Source of the DNA: Lachnospiraceae bacterium
Lineage (GTDB): Bacteria > Bacillota > Clostridia > Lachnospirales > Lachnospiraceae
Assembly (NCBI GenBank): GCA_024698145.1
Contig: JAILRO010000014.1
Span: 8,356 to 72,355, forward strand
Direction: 5' to 3'
Length of the DNA: 64,000 nt
The notes under the pieces are model-generated. The model saw only the letters and a program-made list of their open reading frames with translations. It made no database searches and had not been told where the DNA came from. Shown here one piece after another: positions 41,844 to 50,932 of the stretch. Position 1 is the stretch's first letter; each line of letters begins with the position of its first letter. The translations under genes were made by a program, and so were the position numbers.

Positions 41844-42894
41844 AGGAAAGGTTTCTTTTAACAAGCAGCTACTTATACCGATTGCGGCGCTTGTTGCATT
41901 GGCATTGTTTAACCTTATAAAAGATCCTTCATTCTTCAAGATTGCACTTGGTACTAACAGTGCAGGAGATCCGGTATTATCCGGTTATCTTATTACAATA
42001 CTTGACTACGGTTCAGAGCTTGCAATTCTTGCAATCGGTATGACGCTTGTTACAGCGGCATCCGGTGGACAGGATATCAGTGTGGGTGCTGCAATCGCTA
42101 TTGCAGGTAGCGTTATTCTTAGAGTTTTATGTGGAACCAATTCAAGACCTGATACATTGCAGGCGCCTATAATAGTAGCATTTTTGGTGGCTTGTGTAGT
42201 TGCAATGTTGTTTGGTGCATTTAACGGTATATTGGTTGCGTATTTCAAGATTCAGCCGATGGTTGCGACGCTTATACTTTTTACAGCAGGTCGTTCCATT
42301 GCAGCATGGATTAACAACAACGAGCTTCCTATTATCAGTGAGCCAAAGTTCGGATACTTCGGTGGATATATTCCGGGAGTACCTATTCCGACACCGTTCT
42401 TTATAGCGATAATTTGTGTAATCATTATTATGCTTGTGCTTAAGTTTACTACACTTGGTCTGTACACACAGGCTGTTGGTATCAATGGAAGTTCTTCAAG
42501 ACTTAACGGTATCAATCCACAGTTTATCAAGTTCCTTACATTTGTAATACTTGGACTTTGTGTAGCTGTTGCCGGACTTATCAAAGTAAGTCGACTTTCG
42601 ACAATCAACTATTCGGTTATCGCTAAGGATATTGAAATGGATGCAATCCTTGCTGTAGCACTTGGTGGTAACTCGTTAAGTGGTGGTAAGTTTAATATGA
42701 CCGCTTCAATTCTTGGTGCATATGTAATCCAGTTCCTTACTACAACTCTTTACAAGATGAACGTACAGTCAGATGCGCTTTCAGCATACAAGGCTGTTGT
42801 CGTTATCATTCTTGTAGTACTCAGTACTCCGGTTGTTAGAAAGAAACTGTCACAGCTGGGAGCAGCAATACTCCCCAATAAGAAGGAGGCGTAA
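41836..42894 (+). CDS. sugar ABC transporter permease (YtfT-like)
   Basis: ATG at 41836 lies after GGAGG and overlaps the ATPase stop. Multi-TM BPD_transp_2-type protein. Confidence 0.88.
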   Translation: MNKGKVSFNKQLLIPIAALVALALFNLIKDPSFFKIALGTNSAGDPVLSGYLITILDYGSELAILAIGMTLVTAASGGQDISVGAAIAIAGSVILRVLCGTNSRPDTLQAPIIVAFLVACVVAMLFGAFNGILVAYFKIQPMVATLILFTAGRSIAAWINNNELPIISEPKFGYFGGYIPGVPIPTPFFIAIICVIIIMLVLKFTTLGLYTQAVGINGSSSRLNGINPQFIKFLTFVILGLCVAVAGLIKVSRLSTINYSVIAKDIEMDAILAVALGGNSLSGGKFNMTASILGAYVIQFLTTTLYKMNVQSDALSAYKAVVVIILVVLSTPVVRKKLSQLGAAILPNKKEA

Positions 42895-42895
42895 T

Positions 42896-43951
42896 ATGGA
42901 ATCCCAAAATGTTAAAAAGAATTCTAAGTTTATGGAATGGTTTGGAGGCACAAGCGATACCAACCTTCTTCTTACAATTACAATAGTTGTATTTTTCTTA
43001 ATGTACATAGGAGCTATTCTCTTTCAGGGACAGGGCTTCTTAAAGCCACAGACATTTTTCAACATTTTAAATGCTAACGCTGCACTTATCATTACCTCTT
43101 GTGGAATGAGTATCGTTATGATATGTGGAGGAATTGATATATCCGTTGGTGGAGTTGTTGCACTTGTTAGTATGTCGTGTGCCGTATATCTTGATTACAA
43201 GGGTGGAAATATAATCGGAGCAATTGGAATTGCACTTGCAATCGGACTTGCTTTCGGACTTGTACAGGGCTTCCTCGTGGCATATCTTGATATTCAGCCG
43301 TTTATCGTAACACTTGCAGGAATGTTCTTTGCAAGAGGTATGACTACGATTGTACACACAGCACCATTTAATGTTGAGAATGAAGCATTTGTAAAATTAA
43401 AAGACACAAGAGTTGTTGTTCCCGGTTTCGGTTCGGTTAACAAGTTAGGCAACTACGTAAATGCTTACGTAGAAATCGGTGTTATCGTTGCAATTCTTGT
43501 TGTAATAATTCTCTTTGTAACGTTGCGCTGGACAAAACTTGGTAGAAGTTTTTATGCAGTCGGTGGTAATAGTCAAAGTGCACTTATGTTGGGAATTAAT
43601 GTGAAGAGAACTAAGTTCATTTCGCATCTTATATGCGGACTTCTTGCAGGTGTTGCGGGATTTGTGTATTTCATGCACGTAGGTTCCGGTTCTGCTTCAC
43701 ATGCAAGTGGTATGGAAATGAATGCAATTGCTTCATCGATTATCGGTGGAACAATGCTTACCGGTGGCGTTGGTAATATCATAGGAACCCTCTTTGGTGT
43801 GTTGTCACTCGCAACTATTCAGAATATTGTTTCTTCAGCAGGTCTTGATCAGGCGTGGTGGACAGGAATCACAATAGCTGCAATGCTTTGCTTATTCCTT
43901 GTTATTCAGAGTGTGGTTATGGCCAAAAAGAAGAAGCTCCTCACAAAATAA
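42896..43951 (+). CDS. sugar ABC transporter permease (YjfF-like)
   Basis: ATG at 42896 lies 6 nt after AAGGAGG and 1 nt after the upstream stop. Second BPD_transp_2 permease. Confidence 0.88.
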   Translation: MESQNVKKNSKFMEWFGGTSDTNLLLTITIVVFFLMYIGAILFQGQGFLKPQTFFNILNANAALIITSCGMSIVMICGGIDISVGGVVALVSMSCAVYLDYKGGNIIGAIGIALAIGLAFGLVQGFLVAYLDIQPFIVTLAGMFFARGMTTIVHTAPFNVENEAFVKLKDTRVVVPGFGSVNKLGNYVNAYVEIGVIVAILVVIILFVTLRWTKLGRSFYAVGGNSQSALMLGINVKRTKFISHLICGLLAGVAGFVYFMHVGSGSASHASGMEMNAIASSIIGGTMLTGGVGNIIGTLFGVLSLATIQNIVSSAGLDQAWWTGITIAAMLCLFLVIQSVVMAKKKKLLTK

Positions 43952-43983
43952 GCCAGTAGTTTTCTGCACATAAAACATACCGG

Positions 43984-44020
43984 AAGGACCTGATGGGCGT
44001 GGTATACATCAGGTCCTTTT
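43984..44020 (+). terminator. intrinsic terminator after the ABC operon
   Basis: 12-bp stem AAGGACCTGATG/CATCAGGTCCTT followed by TTTT. Confidence 0.7.
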
Positions 44021-44103
44021 GGTATGCTTTAACTTATTTGACAAATCATTTGTAAAATGGCAAAATGTAGAGGATAGAGAGTTTTGTCAAGGAGGTTTTC
44101 ATA

Positions 44104-45648
44104 ATGAATTGGAATGATGCTATAAGCGATTTGGAAAGTCGTAGAGAACAAGCCAAATTAGGCGGAGGGGAAACGGCTATTGCCAAACAGCATGAAAAAG
44201 GCAAATTAACTGCCAGAGAGCGTTTGGAAATTCTTTTTGATGAGGGGACATTTGTGGAGATCAATGACCTTGTTGAATCAAGGATCGATGATTTTGGACT
44301 CGATAAGAAGAGAGTTCCGGGAGATGGAGTTGTTACAGGATACGGAAAGATTAATGGGAGGACCGTATTCGCATGTTCTGAGGATTTCACTGTTATAGGA
44401 GGAAGCCTTGGAGAATATCATTCAAGAAAGATTATACACATTCAGGATATGGCGCTTAAGATGCGATGCCCGATTGTTTGTATCAACGATAGTGGCGGAG
44501 CCCGAATTGAAGAGGGAATCGATTCGCTTAGCGGATATTCGGGAATATTTGAGAGAAATACAATTGCATCAGGAGTTATTCCGCAGATTGCGGTAATACT
44601 CGGCCCATGTTCGGGTGGTGCATGTTACTCACCTGCAATATGTGATTACATATTTGTAGTTGAGGATATAAGTAAAATGTTTATAACAGGCCCTCAGGTT
44701 GTTAAGACTGTTATTGGTGAGGAACTTACGGCGGATGAGCTTGGCGGTGCCAAGACACACGCAGAGAAATCGGGTGTGGCTCATTTTTACTACAAGAGTG
44801 AGAAGAACTGCTTAGGCGGAGTAAGAGAACTTCTTTCTTATCTTCCTCAAAGCAACAAGGATCCCATGCCGGTTAAGGTTGGTAAGCCTGTAGATAATTG
44901 TGCTAATATAGTTAATATTGTTCCGGATAATAAGAAGAAATCTTATGATGTCCATGATGTTGTTAATGCGATTATAGATAAGGACAGTTTCTTTGAGGTT
45001 CAGAAGCACTGGGCTAAAAATGCTGTTGTAGGATTTGGACGAATCGATGGACACACTGTAGGTTTTGTTTGCGACCAGCCTAACTTTATGGGTGGTTCGC
45101 TTGATATTGATGCGTCTGATAAGATTGCAAGATTTATTCGTTTCTGCGATTGCTTTAATATACCTATTGTATCATTGGTAGATGTGCCGGCATTTCTTCC
45201 GGGTTCCGAACAGGAGCATAACGGAATTATCCGCCACGGTGCAAAGATTCTTTTTGCATATGCGGAGGCGACAGTTCCAAAGATTACGCTTATTATGAGA
45301 AAGGCGTACGGCGGAGCTTACATTGCGATGAACTCAAAGCATATGGGAGCGGATGTTGTATACGCATGGCCGATAGCTGAAATTGCGGTTATGGGTGCAG
45401 AAGGTGCGGTTAATATTATCGGAAGACGTCAGATTGCTGCAGCGCAAGATCCGGAAGCAGCAAGAGCAGAGCTTATTAAACAGTATGAGGACAAGTTCCT
45501 CAATCCATATACGGCTGCAAAGCGTGGTTTTGTAGATGAGGTTATCAAACCTGAAGAAACAAGGCAGCGTATCGTAAGTGCACTTGATGCGCTCAAAAGT
45601 AAGCGCATGAGCCGTCCATTCAAAAAACACGGCAATATACCGCTGTAA
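44104..45648 (+). CDS. acyl-CoA carboxyltransferase subunit (methylmalonyl-CoA decarboxylase alpha / propionyl-CoA carboxylase beta family)
   Basis: 514 aa. 'KQHEKGKLTARERL','GGSLGE','DSGGARIEEG','RKAYGGAYIAM' are typical of the carboxyl-transferase family. Confidence 0.9.
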   Translation: MNWNDAISDLESRREQAKLGGGETAIAKQHEKGKLTARERLEILFDEGTFVEINDLVESRIDDFGLDKKRVPGDGVVTGYGKINGRTVFACSEDFTVIGGSLGEYHSRKIIHIQDMALKMRCPIVCINDSGGARIEEGIDSLSGYSGIFERNTIASGVIPQIAVILGPCSGGACYSPAICDYIFVVEDISKMFITGPQVVKTVIGEELTADELGGAKTHAEKSGVAHFYYKSEKNCLGGVRELLSYLPQSNKDPMPVKVGKPVDNCANIVNIVPDNKKKSYDVHDVVNAIIDKDSFFEVQKHWAKNAVVGFGRIDGHTVGFVCDQPNFMGGSLDIDASDKIARFIRFCDCFNIPIVSLVDVPAFLPGSEQEHNGIIRHGAKILFAYAEATVPKITLIMRKAYGGAYIAMNSKHMGADVVYAWPIAEIAVMGAEGAVNIIGRRQIAAAQDPEAARAELIKQYEDKFLNPYTAAKRGFVDEVIKPEETRQRIVSALDALKSKRMSRPFKKHGNIPL

Positions 45649-45665
45649 TTAGTTCAAGACGGACG

Positions 45666-45808
45666 CTACGGGTGAGTTGTATGTCCTTTGTGTCGGACAC
45701 GCTTTCGCTCGGTTATTCACGCAGCGGTACTAAACTCATGCAAGGCATTCGTTAAGTACCGGCGGTCATAAACGGTCCGAACAAAAGAACATACAGCAAC
45801 ACCCGTTG
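45666..45808 (-). repeat. structured intergenic repeat element, copy D (inverted orientation)
   Basis: The reverse complement reads '..GGACCGTTTATGACCGCCGGTACTTAACGAATGCCTTGCATGAGTTTAGTACCGCTGCGTGAATAACCGAGCGAAAGCGTGTCCGACA..', which is the same core as copies A-C and E. Confidence 0.7.
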
Positions 45809-45946
45809 CTGTTCATTGGAAAAGATTACAGCGTATATGTTCCGGTAAAGAGCGATAACGTTGCTTGCGTCGCATCGAGTGGATAATACACACCTTTCGT
45901 GTGATATGTATGCAATTCCTTCGATGTCGTGCAATATACAAATAAA

Positions 45947-46095
45947 CAGCTGTAACTTATGTTGCGATGTCCTTTAAAGAGGACCGTTTATGACCGCCGG
46001 TACTTAGGCACCGTACTTTGGTGCCTTACGTACCGCTGCGTGAATAACCGAGCGAGAGCGTGTCCGATTGAAGGACATACAACAAAGTTACAGCG
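45947..46095 (+). repeat. structured intergenic repeat element, copy E
   Basis: '..GGACCGTTTATGACCGCCGGTACTTAGGCACCgtactttGGTGCCTTACGTACCGCTGCGTGAATAACCGAGCGAGAGCGTGTCCG..'. The outer ends 'cagctgtaacttatgttgcgatgtcc' and 'ggacatacaacaaagttacagcg' are complementary. Confidence 0.7.
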
Positions 46096-46153
46096 TACGT
46101 TATATCTGCTTGAAGCGACGCAATGGAAAGTTGATGATTAGGGGAAAGAACGA

Positions 46154-47029
46154 ATGTCAGAGAGTTTACAATTAAAAGCGTATGCAAAGATTAACCTGGG
46201 TTTGGATGTTGTTGGACGACGTGAGAACGGATACCATGATGTCAGAATGATTATGCAGACAATAACTTTGTTTGATAAGTTAACATTTAAGGTGATAGAG
46301 GAAGATGAGATAAGAATATCTACGAATCTCAGTTTCTTAAGTCCCGGTGAGAATAATCTGGTGTACAAAGCTATTAAGCTTATCAAGGATGCATACAATA
46401 TTAAGCAGGGTATGGAGGTTGACCTCTTCAAATGCATTCCTGTAGCAGCGGGAATGGCAGGTGGAAGCACGGATTGTGCTGCTGCATTATACGGTACTTC
46501 TAAGCTTTTCGGGCTTAATCTTTCCAAGCAGGAGTTGATGGATCTCGGTGTTAAGCTTGGTGCTGACGTGCCTTATTGTGTTATGAGAGGTACGGCTTTA
46601 TCTGAAGGAATCGGTGAGATATTAACACCGTTATCACCAATGCCGGATTGTACGATATTGATTGCCAAGCCTTCGATATCAGTATCGACGAAGTTTGTTT
46701 ATGAGCATTTAGATGCGAAGGAGTCATACGAGCACCCGGATATAGATGGAATGATAAGCGCAATTAACAACCGTGATTTGCAGGGTATTGCAGACCGTCT
46801 TGGCAACGTGCTTGAAACGGTTACTGTACCGGAATATCCTGTTATTGATGAAATCAAAACATATATGAAAGAGCATGGTGCGTTAAATGCTCTTATGAGT
46901 GGTTCAGGTCCTACGGTGTTTGGTATTTATGATAATGAGGACGAGGCAACCAAGGCTAAGAATGCGTTACTCGATAAAAAACTTGCAAAGAATGCATTTG
47001 TCGTAAAGCCGTATAATGTTGGAGATTAA
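46154..47029 (+). CDS. ispE: 4-diphosphocytidyl-2-C-methyl-D-erythritol kinase
   Basis: 291 aa GHMP kinase with 'AKINLGLDV' and 'IPVAAGMAGGSTDCAA'. Confidence 0.92.
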   Translation: MSESLQLKAYAKINLGLDVVGRRENGYHDVRMIMQTITLFDKLTFKVIEEDEIRISTNLSFLSPGENNLVYKAIKLIKDAYNIKQGMEVDLFKCIPVAAGMAGGSTDCAAALYGTSKLFGLNLSKQELMDLGVKLGADVPYCVMRGTALSEGIGEILTPLSPMPDCTILIAKPSISVSTKFVYEHLDAKESYEHPDIDGMISAINNRDLQGIADRLGNVLETVTVPEYPVIDEIKTYMKEHGALNALMSGSGPTVFGIYDNEDEATKAKNALLDKKLAKNAFVVKPYNVGD

Positions 47030-47056
47030 TAAGTAACTTTCAATGGAGGCTGTGAT

Positions 47057-47728
47057 ATGGAGATAAAATACGATGGAGACAATGAATATCTGCCGTTAAG
47101 AGATTTGGTTTTTCAGGCACTTCGTCAGGCGATAATCACGGGTGAGTTTTCGCCCGGTGAGCGACTTATGGAGATTAAGATTGCCAATAAGCTTGGTGTT
47201 TCCAGAACGCCTGTAAGAGAGGCGATTCGAATGCTTGAACTTGAAGGTCTTGTTGTGATGATTCCAAGACGTGGGGCTGAGGTTGCAAGAATCACAGAGA
47301 AAGACTTAAGAGATGCGCTTGAGGTTCGTACAGCTATCGAAGAATTGTCTGTAGAACTTGCCTGCGAGCGAATAGATGAGGAAGGCAAGGAGAGACTCAA
47401 GAGAGCGTGTAATGAGTTCAAAGATGCTATCGGAACAAAGCATGTACAGAATATTGTGGACGGAGACGTGAAGTTCCATGATGTTATTTTTGAAATGACA
47501 AGGAATCCGAGACTTATAAGTATTGCGCAGAATCTCAGAGAGCAGGTATATAGATATAGGGTTGAATATGTTAAGGATTTTTCTTATCATGACGTACTTG
47601 TTACGGAGCATTATGAGATAACTAACGCGATTCTTACCAATGATGTTGATAAGGCGAAAGAGATTATGAGAAAGCACCTTACTAATCAGGAACTTATCGT
47701 CATCAAAAATCTTAAAGATACCCTATAA
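47057..47728 (+). CDS. GntR-family transcriptional regulator (FadR/FCD subfamily)
   Basis: N-terminal winged HTH 'ANKLGVSRTPVREAIRMLELEGLV' plus a C-terminal helical FCD-like domain. Confidence 0.88.
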   Translation: MEIKYDGDNEYLPLRDLVFQALRQAIITGEFSPGERLMEIKIANKLGVSRTPVREAIRMLELEGLVVMIPRRGAEVARITEKDLRDALEVRTAIEELSVELACERIDEEGKERLKRACNEFKDAIGTKHVQNIVDGDVKFHDVIFEMTRNPRLISIAQNLREQVYRYRVEYVKDFSYHDVLVTEHYEITNAILTNDVDKAKEIMRKHLTNQELIVIKNLKDTL

Positions 47729-47814
47729 TTTTACTAGATAATTTTAATTAATTATGGTAAAATTATAAAATATAGTGATTCGTTCGGTTTGTGTTGGAGA
47801 AGGGGAGTGCTTGA

Positions 47815-49242
47815 ATGGATTTTCAAACGATTTGCGACAGCATGTCGGCAATGACTTGCGTTGTTTCTGTCGAGAAGCTGGACAATAATAAGGTGGGGAA
47901 GTATCGTATTGTAACCGGTAATAGGGCATATATTGATTCTATTGAGAATCCTGCTCCCGGAACAGAGATGCTTACAGTTAAGTTTATTCCGAATATGGAG
48001 TACACCAATTATCTTACAAGAGATCTTAATTTTGAGGACTTCTGCTACAGAGCTGCTGTGGAGAAGAAGTGTCTTCACTCATATGTACATCCGGACAGAA
48101 TTCCGGTATGGTTTAATATGAGTTTTCTTCCGTTATGTCCTGATGAAGGTAATCTTTGTTATTGCCTATATATTATGGAGATTAACTTTGAACCCAACTC
48201 AGAGAACATGTCTAGTATATCGGGCGACGTCGCATCGAAAGTTTTAGAGACTTGTATTAAGCTTCGTGGAACAGATGATTTCAAAGAAACAATAAAAGAT
48301 GTAATTGCAGACGTTGGCGAGATATGCGATGCTGAACATTGTTGTATATTGCAGATGGACGAATATGAGAGAAAATGTTCCGTCCTTTGTGAACACTTGT
48401 CAGAGAATACTAAGTTGCTTCCTATGGGCAATTATGTTGATGATAAGTTTTATGATATTGCAGAGTCATGGGATGAGACTATTGCAGGAAGTAACTGCTT
48501 GATTGCGAAGAATGAGCAGGATATGGAGGTTGTCAAAGAGAGGAATCCAATCTGGTATGAATCTATTACATCAGCCGGTGGCAGGAATATAGTATTATTC
48601 CCGTTAAAATCAAGAAATCAACTATTGGGATATATTTGGGCTATTAATTTCAATGCCGAGAATGCGGTTAAGATTAAGGAAACTTTGGAACTTACAACAT
48701 TTATATTAGGTTCTGAACTTGGTAATTATTTGCTTCTTGATCGCCTGAAGATATTAAGTTCAAAAGATATGTTAACAGGTGTTATGAATCGTAATGAGAT
48801 GAACAATTATGTTGATTCTCTATGTGCTGATACTGAAGGTCCGGTACGTACAGCAGGTGTTATTTTTGCAGATATTAACGGTCTTAAGGTAGTCAATGAT
48901 AAAGAGGGACATAACGCAGGTGATATTCTTCTTAAGGATGCTGCTAATGCATTGCGCGAAGTATTTGAGGAGAAGAACATATACAGAGCCGGTGGTGATG
49001 AGTTCTCGATTATCGTTACGGGAATTACGAAAGACGAGCTTGAAGACAGAATCGAAGCGATTAGAAAAGCATGCAACAACTATGACAAAGTATCATTTGC
49101 ACTCGGAGGCAGTGTTGTTGATGATAGCAGGAATGTTCGTCAGGCACTTCGAAGCGCGGACGAGAACATGTACGCAGACAAAGAGAAGTACTATAATGAA
49201 CATCCGGACAAACGACAGGAGCAGTTGTTAAGTAGAAGATAA
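47815..49242 (+). CDS. diguanylate cyclase (PAS/GAF-like sensor domains + GGDEF)
   Basis: C-terminal 'MLTGVMNRNEM...FADINGLKVVNDKEGHNAGD...YRAGGDEFSII' has an intact GGDEF motif. Confidence 0.88.
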   Translation: MDFQTICDSMSAMTCVVSVEKLDNNKVGKYRIVTGNRAYIDSIENPAPGTEMLTVKFIPNMEYTNYLTRDLNFEDFCYRAAVEKKCLHSYVHPDRIPVWFNMSFLPLCPDEGNLCYCLYIMEINFEPNSENMSSISGDVASKVLETCIKLRGTDDFKETIKDVIADVGEICDAEHCCILQMDEYERKCSVLCEHLSENTKLLPMGNYVDDKFYDIAESWDETIAGSNCLIAKNEQDMEVVKERNPIWYESITSAGGRNIVLFPLKSRNQLLGYIWAINFNAENAVKIKETLELTTFILGSELGNYLLLDRLKILSSKDMLTGVMNRNEMNNYVDSLCADTEGPVRTAGVIFADINGLKVVNDKEGHNAGDILLKDAANALREVFEEKNIYRAGGDEFSIIVTGITKDELEDRIEAIRKACNNYDKVSFALGGSVVDDSRNVRQALRSADENMYADKEKYYNEHPDKRQEQLLSRR

Positions 49243-49256
49243 TACATAGAACTTAC

Positions 49257-49289
49257 GAAAAGACACATACTAGTTATGTGTCTTTTTTG
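49257..49289 (+). terminator. intrinsic terminator
   Basis: Stem AAAAGACACATA/TATGTGTCTTTT followed by a T-run. Confidence 0.85.
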
Positions 49290-49332
49290 TGCGCAAAAAT
49301 GGCAAAACATCTTGTAAGGGTTAGTAAGTTTT

Positions 49333-50880
49333 ATGAAAGTGGAATATGACGAGAACAATAAAATAGATATTAGGTTGTCAGCAAGCCTTAATAGAAATAT
49401 CGAAGTGCTTGAAAGTATTTTTGATAAGTGGGGTGACCTTGTCAAAAAAAGGTTTGAACTTAAGCGGGCTGAAGGTGAGGTTTCGATATTCATATTGTAT
49501 ATAGACGGACTGGCTGATAATGAAATGGTGGAGAGGACAATAACACGGCCTCTTCTTTATGAATGGAAGAATGAAAATGCTGACATAAAAAGTATATTCT
49601 CATCAGAGACTGAAGCGGTTGATATGAAAGAATCCGCAGAGATTAATGATATTGTTGATGCAATTCTTTGTGGTGATACTGCAATACTTGTTGAGAACTA
49701 TGATAAGGTGATGCTTCTGTCCACCAAGCATTATCCCGTAAGGAGTGTTGATAAACCGGAAAAGGAGTCGGGGCTAAAAGGTCCAAGAGATTCCTTCACG
49801 GAGAATCTTCGGACGTCAACTGCTCTTATAAGAAGACGCATTAAGGACCCAAAACTAAAACTCGTTCAAAACACACTCGGACAACGCTCAAAAACTGCGT
49901 ACGGTCTGATGTATATGGAGGACTTGGCAAGGCCTTATCTTCTTGAAAGGATTAAGGAAAAACTTAACGGTTTTGATATCGACGCCATATTCGACAGCGG
50001 TATGCTTGTGCATCTTATAGAGGATAAATGGTACTCGCCGTTTCCACAGGTTCAAACAACAGAACGCCCGGACAAAGCGGCTTCGGCATTATTGGAGGGA
50101 AGGGTTGTACTGGTCATTGATAATTCGCCGGAGGTTATAATTCTTCCTACAACATTTAATACTTTTTTTCAAGCGGCTGACGATTACTACAACCGTTTTG
50201 CGGTGGGAACATTTGCAAGAATTATAAGGTATATGGCGGCGTATTTGAGCGTGCTCTTGCCGGGACTTTATATTGCGATAACCTGTTACTACCCACAGGT
50301 ATTGCCGACGGATTTTCTTCTTGCAATAGTGGCGGCAAGAAATGATGTCACATTTCCGGTCGTGATAGAAGTGCTTATTATGGAACTTTTGTTTGAACTG
50401 TTAAGGGAAGCGGGAATACGACTTCCGGGGCAAATGGGTAACACGATAGGAGTTGTTGGGGGACTTATCGTTGGACAGGCGGCAGTGGAGGCTGCACTGG
50501 TCAGCACAATAGTTGTCATCGTTGTGGCTCTTACCGCTATATGCTCATTTGCTATACCAAATGAGGAGTTTGCATCTACTTTCCGTCTGCTTAAGTTTGT
50601 AATGATATTATTGGGCGCAGGGCTTGGATTGTATGGCATACTTTTGGGTATACTTGTAATCGAGATTCATCTGGCAAGTCTTGAAAGTTTCGGAATACCA
50701 TATATGATGCCGCTTGCGGCCGGCAGTGCTGATGACAATATTGAGTTTCAGGATTTTGTGTTAAGAAAACCTATTTTTTTGATGAAGCAAAGACCTATAT
50801 ATGCAAGGGCTGGAAGGCGGAGAAGATACAAAAATACGGAAAGTGAAGGACAAGACCGAAACCACCATGCACATAAGTAA
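49333..50880 (+). CDS. spore germination protein, GerA/GerKA (A subunit) family
   Basis: 515 aa. 'LRTSTALIRRRIKDPKLK' and a C-terminal 4-5 TM block, typical of GerA-family A subunits. Confidence 0.88.
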   Translation: MKVEYDENNKIDIRLSASLNRNIEVLESIFDKWGDLVKKRFELKRAEGEVSIFILYIDGLADNEMVERTITRPLLYEWKNENADIKSIFSSETEAVDMKESAEINDIVDAILCGDTAILVENYDKVMLLSTKHYPVRSVDKPEKESGLKGPRDSFTENLRTSTALIRRRIKDPKLKLVQNTLGQRSKTAYGLMYMEDLARPYLLERIKEKLNGFDIDAIFDSGMLVHLIEDKWYSPFPQVQTTERPDKAASALLEGRVVLVIDNSPEVIILPTTFNTFFQAADDYYNRFAVGTFARIIRYMAAYLSVLLPGLYIAITCYYPQVLPTDFLLAIVAARNDVTFPVVIEVLIMELLFELLREAGIRLPGQMGNTIGVVGGLIVGQAAVEAALVSTIVVIVVALTAICSFAIPNEEFASTFRLLKFVMILLGAGLGLYGILLGILVIEIHLASLESFGIPYMMPLAAGSADDNIEFQDFVLRKPIFLMKQRPIYARAGRRRRYKNTESEGQDRNHHAHK

Positions 50881-50932
50881 GGTGAACGCCCGGAGGTTTG
50901 CAACGCAAAAGGAATAAAAGGAGAGCGCATGT

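Noticed and set aside
45752-46141. Two 60-aa ORFs (45752-45934 minus, 45959-46141 plus) in the carboxyltransferase-ispE spacer
   Set aside because: Both lie largely inside repeat elements D and E. They have no RBS, and their sequences are dictated by the palindromic repeats.
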